Shown: in pieces, positions 38,984 through 48,200 of the stretch
Numbering within the stretch: position 1 is the first letter of the stretch
Layout of the letters: every line of letters begins with the position of its first letter
Assembly: GCA_976226885.1 (NCBI GenBank)
Contig: OZ320316.1
Coordinates: 62,248,001-62,312,000, forward strand
DNA from: Iphione sp. A-MEVVRFRX5
Lineage: Eukaryota
DNA: 64,000 bases
Reading direction: 5' to 3'
Program-made: the position numbers and the translations under genes
Notes under the pieces: generated by a model
What the model was told of the DNA's origin: nothing
The model's input: the letters and a program-made list of their open reading frames with translations, nothing else
The model's database searches: none

Positions 38984-41041
38984 CTAGTCGTTGAGGACAG
39001 TTTGGATCATAGAGAGGAGTTGTTTGGTGAGAATGACTTTATTGATTATGTTCCAGGATTATCTTACTGGACTTTTGTGAACGGACCGCTGAAGAACGAT
39101 TCAGACAATGGTAACCATGTGGTTGCTAAGGATGACATTGTAAGTGACGTTGCTGACGTCAACACTCGGGAGTTGACGTATCTTGGTGTTTGCGAAACAC
39201 TGAGAAGGTTCGTGTTGAACGAAACAGGACTGGAGGACAATAGTATGGTTGTGAGTAGTTTCAATGGTAATTTATGGTTAAAAATTACTAATGACTGTGT
39301 TCAAGGAAACTGTAATTGTGTTCACGCAATAGGGGGTATCGTTAGCCCATTGAGGTTATGCAGATGTTTCGTTTACCTTGCTAGATCTAGGTTGGATGAC
39401 AACCGGATCATGGAGTTGTGGGAGGGTATAAGCGAAGGATTTTGCATTGTGGATAATAATTGTTCAACAAACTATTCTTGCAACAATTATAATTCGATAT
39501 TGAGTGATGTATTCAAGTCTCAGATGGATGAGAAAGTGAGGAACGAGTTGTCTCGTGGTATAATTTCAGAATGTGATATGAGGCCTCGTTGTGTTAATGC
39601 CATTGGTGCTGTCCCTAAAGGGGATGGTAGTCTACGTCCTATTACGGACTGTTCAATGCCACCCAAGAGAGCGGTTAATAATTTCATGTTAAATACTCAG
39701 AAGGAATTCAGCTTCAAGTCACTGGATGATGTGTGTAACATGCTTGAACAAGGGGAATTTTCAGCCACTTGTGATATAAAGAGTGCGTATCGCTCGGTGC
39801 TGGTATGCCCAGAACATAGGGAATTTCAAGGTTTCAGTTGGTGCCTAGATAATAAGGTGAAGAAATACTATATTAATAATTCCTTATGTTTTGGGCTGAA
39901 GTGTGCCCCATACATCATTAACACTCTATCAGATATGATTGTATCTGAGTTTGAGTTCAGATGTGAGTCTAGGGTAGTTAATTACCTAGACGATTTTGTT
40001 GTCATTGGTAGGGATGAAAATGAATGTGTAAATATTCAGAGAGTGCTGATAAAAGTCATTAGAGATATTGGTTTTGAAGTGTCAGAGAAAAAGTGCAGCA
40101 CTGCTTCTACACAATGTAAATTTCTGGGCATAGTTGTAGATACAGAGAAAATGGAGTTATCTCTTCCAGATGAGAAGGTTGTCGCCATTAAAGAGAAAAT
40201 AAAAAACTCACTAGGAAAAGATAGACTCTCCAAAAGAGAGTTAGAGAGTCTCACGGGATCGGTATCCCATTGCGCAACAGTAGTGAAGGGAGGGAGAACA
40301 TATACCCGTAGCCTCTATGATTTGCTGAAGGAAGCCACCTCCCCACTATGTAAAGTGAGGTTGACTGACATTGTGAAGAGTGACCTGAACTGGTGGTTAA
40401 AATTAATAGAGGTATTCAATGGTAAGAAAAAGATAATTAAAACAAGGTGTTGTGAAGCAGTTATTACCACTGACTCATCTCTTATTGGATTCGGAGGCTG
40501 GTATGATAGAGATTGGTTTTTTGGTAAGTGGTGTGAGGAGAGTTGGCCTATTGACATTTGTATTCACCATTCGGAGAGGTCACCTGAGTGGGATGATTTT
40601 GATGAGAATATCAATGTCCTTGAATTATGGGCCGTCCTGGTAGCTTTGAAGCGCTGGGGCTGTCAGTTGAAAGACAAGATGATTTTGTTGAGAGTGGATA
40701 ACACCTCTGTAATGTTTATGTTGAGGTCGGGCCGCAGCCAAAATAAGTCTTGCATGAGGTGGCTGCGCGAAATCTTTTGGAACTGTTTCTTCAACAACAT
40801 TGTGTTCAGGGTGGAGTATATAAATACTCACGATAATTACATTGCAGATGCCCTGTCAAGGGGGAATACAACACGTGTTCTAAGTGAATTGTTGTCGGCA
40901 TTGTGGTCGCAAAGGGCTTGTTGTAGGAAAAAGCTATACTCTCTTTGCAGGAAAAATGAGGAAATTGAGGAAGGAGATGAAGCAGTTGAAGGAGGAGGCT
41001 CTCTCGGACAACACGAAGAAAGCAAGGAGACAGCAACTTGA
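38984..41041 (+). CDS. pol: Reverse transcriptase / RNase H ORF2, in frame with gag
   Basis: GAVPKGDGSLRPITDCS, CDIKSAYR, LCFGLKCAP, NYLDDF and FLGIVVD (RT); TTDSS, INVLELWAV, VDN and NYIADALSR (RNase H). The frame is open from the gag stop; first AUG is at 39245. Confidence 0.95.
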   Translation, partial: LVVEDSLDHREELFGENDFIDYVPGLSYWTFVNGPLKNDSDNGNHVVAKDDIVSDVADVNTRELTYLGVCETLRRFVLNETGLEDNSMVVSSFNGNLWLKITNDCVQGNCNCVHAIGGIVSPLRLCRCFVYLARSRLDDNRIMELWEGISEGFCIVDNNCSTNYSCNNYNSILSDVFKSQMDEKVRNELSRGIISECDMRPRCVNAIGAVPKGDGSLRPITDCSMPPKRAVNNFMLNTQKEFSFKSLDDVCNMLEQGEFSATCDIKSAYRSVLVCPEHREFQGFSWCLDNKVKKYYINNSLCFGLKCAPYIINTLSDMIVSEFEFRCESRVVNYLDDFVVIGRDENECVNIQRVLIKVIRDIGFEVSEKKCSTASTQCKFLGIVVDTEKMELSLPDEKVVAIKEKIKNSLGKDRLSKRELESLTGSVSHCATVVKGGRTYTRSLYDLLKEATSPLCKVRLTDIVKSDLNWWLKLIEVFNGKKKIIKTRCCEAVITTDSSLIGFGGWYDRDWFFGKWCEESWPIDICIHHSERSPEWDDFDENINVLELWAVLVALKRWGCQLKDKMILLRVDNTSVMFMLRSGRSQNKSCMRWLREIFWNCFFNNIVFRVEYINTHDNYIADALSRGNTTRVLSELLSALWSQRACCRKKLYSLCRKNEEIEEGDEAVEGGGSLGQHEESKETAT

Positions 41042-41888
41042 GAACTACAAGAAATTTTGTGATGATTTTGGGTTACAGTGTTTTCCATGTAGCAGTAAAC
41101 AAGCCTGTATCAATGTAACCTTCCTCGGAAGGTCTATGTGCTACACTTCAATACGCAATTATTTGTCTGGCCTTGTATATTGGTGTAGGGCCTATGGCTT
41201 TGAACCACCAGATTATACTGACTTTGGCTTATCTCAAGTTATTATGGCTTTAAAGAAAAAGGCCTCAACTCCAGCCGTCCAAGCACATGCTTTCACAATT
41301 GAAGAGATGTATTTAATTTTTGGGAGGCTTGATGTTTCTAAGCCTGATGACCTTATGTTTTGGTTGGCGTGCTTGCTGGGCTTTAGATGCCTGCTACGCA
41401 AGGAATTGTTCACTTCTTTGAATGGTTTGAAGTGGTGTGATATAGTTTTCACTGATTTTGGTGTAACCCTCAATGTTAAGAGAGGCAAATGTATTACCTC
41501 ACATGCGGAAAGTTTTTCAATTCCAATTTATTATTGCGATTCCTGCTGTATGTGCGTTGTCACCTGGTTAAAGATTTGGAAATCCAATCATTTCAAGTGT
41601 AATGAACAGTTGGTGTTTTCTTATTGTGTTAAGAGACATACGAGGAGGTTATTGTATAGCGATTTTATGCATTGATTAAAGCAGGTCTGTGACTTTGTCC
41701 CGGACACTGAGAGAGTTTCTTCCCATGGCTTCCGACGTGGAGGCACCACATTTTTAGCAAGTAAAGGTGTGGACTTGGACATAATTAAAGATAGAGGTAA
41801 TTGGAAATCCCACTGTGTTCTAAGGTATATTGATCTAAAGGCTGATCAACAGTTGTTGTCAGAGAGGTATGTTTCTGTTTTTCTTTAG
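40956..41888 (+). CDS. Tyrosine recombinase ORF3, interrupted by one in-frame TGA at 41673-41675
   Basis: GFRCLLRK (first catalytic Arg), then beyond the TGA in the same frame SSHGFRRGG (HxxR), GNWKS and VLRYI (catalytic Tyr), ending at TAG 41886-41888. Overlaps the RT/RH 3' end. Confidence 0.9.
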
Positions 41889-41897
41889 TTGGGTTTG

Positions 41898-41944
41898 GGC
41901 CTGCGTGTCTCCCCACTTTGGTGTTGATAGTCTACTTGACATAT
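41898..41944 (+). repeat. Split direct repeat B1 (47 nt)
   Basis: 46/47 identical to 42079-42125; the last 4 nt (ATAT) overlap the start of A2. Confidence 0.93.
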
Positions 41945-42063
41945 GTGAGATATAAGTGATTATATGAATATATGTCTCCAAGACGCTGTTGTTGTGATAC
42001 CGTAACCAGGTTACTTGATTGCGTCATTGTATTCCATCAGCACACCACCGTTTGAAATTTTCT
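41941..42063 (+). repeat. Split direct repeat A2
   Basis: Copy of 38004-38126. Confidence 0.95.
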
Positions 42064-42072
42064 TTTTCTTGC

Positions 42073-42078
42073 AATAAA
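42073..42078 (+). terminator. Poly(A) signal of the retrotransposon (AATAAA between A2 and B2)
   Basis: Hexamer in the unique 15-nt spacer, positioned so that transcripts would end in B2. Confidence 0.6.
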
Positions 42079-42125
42079 GGCCTGCGTGTCTCCCTACTTT
42101 GGTGTTGATAGTCTACTTGACATAT
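42079..42125 (+). repeat. Split direct repeat B2 (element 3' end)
   Basis: Copy of B1; runs into an (AT)n(GT)n tract. Confidence 0.93.
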
Positions 42126-44009
42126 ATATATATATGTGTGTGTGTTCTCATAAAAGCAAGCCCTTGTTTTTTTCCATATAATATATAGATTTTCAGTCTA
42201 GTTTAAAATCACACCATAGGATTTGAGTCTATGTTTGATGTTGAGCCACTTTTTCATAGTTTGCACCCCTCTTTGTTAAATTAGATAGAAGACAACAGAC
42301 CAGTATCAACTACATCTCCACTAGCAATGAGCATATATTTAATGAGAGGTAATATATATATATAGTGTTTTGCAATAGATACACACAGTATAACATCCAA
42401 ATCTCTTGAAAATGTGTTACATTTTCTACAAAAAATTCACCGAAAGACAAAGACTGACCAATAAGAATTTAGATCTAACTGAAATGATTGATCAATGATT
42501 TACATGTATTTTGTTACTATGGTAACACCTGAAGGCTGCTGATGCAATATCAGCGATGCAGGTGATGCACCTAATGTTACTTTTTTTGTGATAAATGCAA
42601 AATAGTAGCTTATGTTACACAGTACCTCTTTGATGCACAATAACAAATGAGGTATCAAAAGATCACAAATCACTTACCTAAAATTTGCTTAATAATAAGT
42701 TTCTCTCTCTCTATGTTTCTTTTCTCTCTTGCCTTAACCTCAAATGGGACTTTGTTGATGCCCTATTTCACGTATTATAGGTTCAAAGCTAGGAATTACT
42801 TAGATGTGGCTAAGATCCGCCAGTTACCAATCTGCTTATTTGTATTGTCTGCACTAAATTTTTACCAAAGTAAATTTGATAATCCTTATGTATTATAAGA
42901 TATTGGAACTCAGTAAATACCGACATGGACAGTCTTCGTACTTACTGTATCAAGCCTGCATACTAGGCAAGCTGATTAGTTGTCAGAGGCTCAGAATGCA
43001 CAGGGAAACAATCCTATGACCTCTTGAGTTTGTTGTAATACGTTTATACGTGTTTGTATCCAACCATAGCTACTAAGAGAACATATTCCAGTAACAACGA
43101 TTAGGACAAATATTAGATTCTCATGGTGCAATCTCGAGCAATGGCATACAACAAACTAAATGATCAGAAATACGGAAAAGGGATTCGTTTAAAACTGATC
43201 CTCCTCTCTGAAACAAGATTAAGCTTGACCTCCATCAAGGAGTCTAAATTAACTATCCAGTTTGCTATTCTAGCAAAGCATCTCCACCCCTAGTTCCAGT
43301 CGATCCGGGGCAAAGGATGCTCTTGCTTGTGCTATGCTCAGCGCGACCTGGTGAACTGATATGCTACCCACTGAGTTCCAGTTGCACAGCTCCTGGAAAC
43401 CGGACCCATCAACAGGGGGGTTACATGTAGTAAACCAATGGGAGATGGTGAGTGCGCAGCTCAACTGCCTATTTTTCTAGTGCTTATCTAATGCAATTCT
43501 AGTCGTTAGTAGGGGTGCTCTTAACACATCCGTGAAGACTACTCATCTGTACAACAGAACAGTGAAACAGCCCGGATAGGATACTCTGGGAGCGCTAATT
43601 GTGAGTAAATGAGCACAAAGTTCATCTTTAAATTTCATAGCCTCGGAATATTGTTTTATTTAAAGTAGATAAATTTGTACTCTCAGTACACATGGAGTTG
43701 TTGATGCACAAATGAAATGGGGCTCACTTGTTCCCTCGCCTGTTCACATATAGAAGAAATGATGTGTTGATAAGTATACAACACTGAACTCAATCAACTT
43801 GCAAGGTTATGTTATTTCAGAGTCATAAAAATCGAGACGAGATTTTATTATCAATATTTTTTAAAAAGCTTAAAGAGTATGATTGATTTGCGCTTAAAAT
43901 ATAGCTGGCACTCGGAGTGAGCCGTCTGGCCAGAGTATTTTGATCGACCGGTCCACAACTCGGACAGGGCACTACAGTTTAGTCACCATCTGTATATATT
44001 TGCAGTCCG

Positions 44010-44227
44010 TGTGGTGCGTGCGTGCTTGCGTGCGTAGACAGTGCAAACGAGCGTGCGTTCCAGCATCAGTGCGGGTAATGCGTGCGTGCTATCCCAGCCC
44101 GGATCCGCACGCCGACCGCCAGAATGAGTAGATATGGGACGCTACTGATAAATATTACCGTGTAGCGTTCATAGCTTGAAGTTGTCGGTGTTCCAGACCT
44201 CGGCGGAGGTCGGCTGGCGCCGGCGGC
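44010..44227 (+). promoter_or_regulatory. CpG-rich promoter / 5'UTR region of gene B with clustered (T)GCGTG motifs
   Basis: Local GC/CpG rise and several GCGTG repeats at about 44015-44090, immediately upstream of the GGCGGCATGG start. Confidence 0.4.
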
Positions 44228-44391
44228 ATGGGCGACCTGGGCGGTGCGTACAGTCATCGACGGACGGCAGGGGTCACCTCCCTACTGCTTGGCCTCATGA
44301 TCTTGCCCCTCACTGACGCCCGCGCGTGCCCAAGCTGGGGCCAACAGTCACCTTGTAACGGAGGATGGTTAAGAAATCACACCTACACAGG
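44228..44391 (+). CDS. Gene B exon 1 (signal peptide MGDLGGAYSHRRTAGVTSLLLGLMILPLTDA-RACPSWGQQSPCNGGWLRNHTYT)
   Basis: Strong Kozak GGCGGCATGG, hydrophobic core, phase-2 donor GG|gtgagt. Missed by the ORF track. Confidence 0.8.
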
Positions 44392-46225
44392 GTGAGTCTA
44401 TTCTCCATGACTCCTTCCACTTGTAACGAATTTGCCTCGTTCGTGTCTTATGATACATCCTTTCTGAGCTGCTAAAAACAATCAAATGAAGTAAGTGTAG
44501 TATACAACTTCGATTCTATTTTAGAAGGTGACGCCCAGAAGTGAAACATTTTGAGCATGATTGTTTCTTGCTGTGCAATCATGGAACTGATCATTTACTT
44601 CAACTAATCATTTCAGCATTGTATACATTACTGTTTGATGCCTATTGAGGCACACGGGGAAAGGTGCAACTAAAATATTCTAAACCAGGGGTTAATTGAT
44701 CTAAATATATCTCTCGATTACTGCTAAATACTTCTCTTTATACTGAAATAGTTGAAATCTATTGCTAGATTCATATCTTACTCTCTTAACTGCATAAGGG
44801 CCGGTATACATTTCAGTAATAAACATTTGCATTATTTAGCACAATATGGACATTTGTATATAATAGGTTAGAGTGACATGAATACACTGTTTACATAGCA
44901 TATTTGATAGCCCCTTGTCACACTGAGCATGTACAACACATTGTCGTGGCAAACTGTGAAAGTATTCTTCTTGTACATAAAAGAGTCATAGGTCCAGTTT
45001 CCATACATGTAGTGCTGTCCGTATGTGATTCTGCACATTTCTGCATGGTATTATTGGATAATAGGCAATCAGTGAGAGGTGTTCCATACATGCAGTAGCT
45101 GTGCGTGTGCATTGAGGTGTGTTGCATTTGTTTCCCGTTTTTAGACCAGGTCTGACAATTTGCCACACACAGATGGCAACACAGAAAGACACTGCTATTT
45201 CTTCATACTTCTTCACATTTCTTCATATTTCTTCACTTTTAACATGATTTAAGCACATGTCCATACATGCCCACGCACGTCAGTAATTTTCTGCACATTC
45301 CCCCCTCATTTTCTGTGATTTTCTCAGCTTTTAGCATCATTTTAGACCTTTAACATCATTTTCCTCTCATTTTTGGCAATTTTTGCAGCTTTTAACATCA
45401 TTTTGTGCTTTGACATGATTTTTCCCGCAGTTTTGCTGCTTTTCGCATCATATCTGTCCTTTTGCAGCTTCCCCCCTTATTTCATGCACACAAATACACG
45501 ACATACATTACACGCAGGGAAAAGACAGGGTTGTTTCTCCGAATTGACGCATAACTAAGGAATATCCTCTACCGAGTGGGCCCCATGAAGTCAGGCGTTG
45601 CTACCATACCTACCTTTTGAAACTTACCACATACAAAGTGAATGCAATAACTAGGTTGCGCACGAAGCGTATCTCTGCAGTATCTAGGCGAATAATTTAC
45701 CACTGCATGTAGGTAAGGGTAGGGTAAGAACATAGTTATTACAAGGAAGTTTCCGTAATTCATTGTGATCAGCAAGCATGTGAGGTACAAACGTATATAG
45801 ATATACATGAAATTGAAAAATATGGAAATTCTCTATAAACATCAAAATACCAACCAATGCAACCACACAACAGAGAAGTCCATTTCACGAGAGCCACTTT
45901 ATGCTCCATGTACATGAGAATTCTTGTATAGGCCTAGTACATGTGATAAATTCTTGAAGTTCAGGAATAGGTGTTAGTGAATTACGTGCAACCTCAGCGG
46001 AACAAGATATATTCTAAACTGATAAGAAATTTAGAACATTGAGAGAAGAGTAGGACGCCTGATAGATGTGCTAGGATATGAATAAAAAGAAGGCCGTCTG
46101 TAGTTGTACTTCCTACTGTTTACTACCGGGCACGTTGGAACCACCTCTCTCAGAATAGTCACAGGTAAGCTTCCTCCGATGGAAATTTTTTGTATAGTAC
46201 ATAGACGTTCTCTCCATACTTTCAG

Positions 46226-46293
46226 ACGGAACCAGGTTCTGCAAAAGCTCTTCGATGGCTATGACAGTTTAGTTAGACCCGGCGCCGATAAAG
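46226..46293 (+). CDS. Gene B exon 2 (RNQVLQKLFDGYDSLVRPGADK)
   Basis: Acceptor atactttcag, donor AG|gtgagg; YDxxxRP motif. Confidence 0.9.
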
Positions 46294-46906
46294 GTGAGGC
46301 TGTTTACCCTGCAAAAAACAACACAGTAGAGACCCTCAAATAGGACCAGGCTTGAGATTTACCAACTTTGGTCAACATCTAAGCATCCTTCCTGGGTTGT
46401 TAAAACAATGCTGTTGTACATTTAATTCTTGAAAATCTTAATGCTTGCCCATCTATGTTGGTCAGTTCTGAAGTGGGATTGTTCTCTGCTTGAATGATCA
46501 TTTTCTTGTGTTAATACTGTACAATGAAAACCTGCAAGAGAGACCCTTGCATTTGCATAAAACCATTTGACTTTCAGTGGTGGAATTATATCGAAACGTG
46601 GAAAACAGGGCCACACTGGTGTGCCTGTAGTAAATACGATCCTTGTTTAATTTAAACGGCCCATTCCTCTCCACGAACTAACTATCAAATACAGTATTAT
46701 AGACATAAAATACTTAAATTTCAATTCTTGCGGAAGTTTTCTCGCTAGTAAAAATAAATAAAAAATATAGTGTAGTTTTCACTTTTCCACGATCCTTTTC
46801 AAGTTACCTTCTATTGTTTAAAAATATATTAATCTATTGGTTGTCATCATTTTGATTTTTTTCAGAACATGATCTTATTCAACACCATTTTTCCTGTTTG
46901 TGACAG

Positions 46907-46974
46907 GTGAACGAACCGTTGTGTCGGTTGATATCTTCATCAACAGTGTGGACTCCATCAGTGTTGATACTATG
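46907..46974 (+). CDS. Gene B exon 3 (68 nt; GERTVVSVDIFINSVDSISVDTM)
   Basis: Acceptor tgtgacag, donor ATG|gttagt. Confidence 0.92.
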
Positions 46975-47584
46975 GTTAGTGTGTTCATTCACGGTAGACT
47001 GTTTGCTCTTGGCATGAGTATGGAATGAGGAACAATGATCTATATTAATCACATTTGAGAACATTTGTCGCAATAGAACTAAACAAATGAAAACTGAATG
47101 ATTCATTTCAAACTAATGTCACATTACGAATATCATTACGTTGCACAACCTGTGGCCAGAACTGTATCAACTCAACCACCTCATAATGCACAATTCAAAT
47201 TGAATATCGCCAGCATACCGTTTGCCTAATAGCCGCAAAATAGTGACAACAAGGACACGAATTTAATCTAGTATGCATATAATGAAGGGAAAGAATCAAG
47301 ATGAAGCATCGTACAGGTTGTCGGTGTGTATCTTGTGTAGGACTATTTTGTGAACGTTATAACCACTGGTTTCCTACATTGGAAGACACACCAGTCATTA
47401 TTAGGAAGCCATATATTAGATTGGTCGAACGGGAAAGGGTTAGCGGAGCTGGACAGCACGATTACAATCTGGCGATGGTAAACGAGTAAAATAAAACAGT
47501 AACGGTACTGGGTATATGACTGCTTGAGACCTCTGCAGCAGTGACAAATTGGTTCATTTACATGTATGTATGTCTCTAACAAAA

Positions 47585-48200
47585 TTGATGTCAATGCATC
47601 AAAAAATATATATTGTTCAGTAAAACTCGACAAAATGTTAGAATTCTAACTATTAATCAACAATGACATGATTCAAGGTACTATAACTTATAACTAACTA
47701 GGGGTCACAATAGATAACAAGCTAAATTCAAGAGCCATCAATGCAATATCCCTTAGGTGGGATAGCCAAAAAACTGCTCATTGAAAATCCAACGTAAGAT
47801 ATTGAACACAGCAACAGCCCTGAAAATTGTGTGTAATATGATAAAACCAATTGTAAGCTATAGCAGTGTGATTGTCACAAAATCAACTGAGGGCTCCTGG
47901 TGCAAACTGAAATAGGCTCTTCTGTGTTTATATAAGATAGCCCTAGATAAAAATTACAAACCTTTGTACAAAAAAAAATTGAGTCAGCTAAAAATCCCTG
48001 CCATTAAAAATAGAAGAATGTTTTTCCATGCATCACTAGCACATAGTAGAGACCTCAGGAGAGATAACCATTTCCAGCCCCAGGTGCACCCAGGTAGGCA
48101 AGGATTGTATATGAAAGCATCCAGGCCAAAAAAAAGAATGTTTCAAACATTCATGCCTTTATCAAAGCATACAGAGATGGAACCAACTTCCCCTTTCCCT
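47585..48200 (+). mobile_element. Degenerate CR1/L2-type LINE 3' fragment in gene B intron 3
   Basis: Translates across stops and frameshifts as ...YN*LGVTIDNKL..., IKPIVSYSSV... and terminal ...AYRDWNQLP. Confidence 0.7.

Larger units (their letters stand above)
38004..42125 (+). mobile_element. Tyrosine-recombinase retrotransposon with split direct repeats (Ngaro/PAT-type DIRS order), about 4.1 kb, nearly intact
   Basis: A1 (38004-38126) - gag - RT/RNaseH - YR - B1 (41898-41944) - A2 (41941-42063) - B2 (42079-42125). No methyltransferase domain is evident and there are no inverted terminal repeats. Confidence 0.95.

Noticed and set aside
38981-41675. Selenocysteine recoding of the two in-frame TGAs in the retrotransposon
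   Set aside because: Neither position is a redox-type Cys site and no SECIS-like element was recognised; readthrough or nonsense mutation is simpler.
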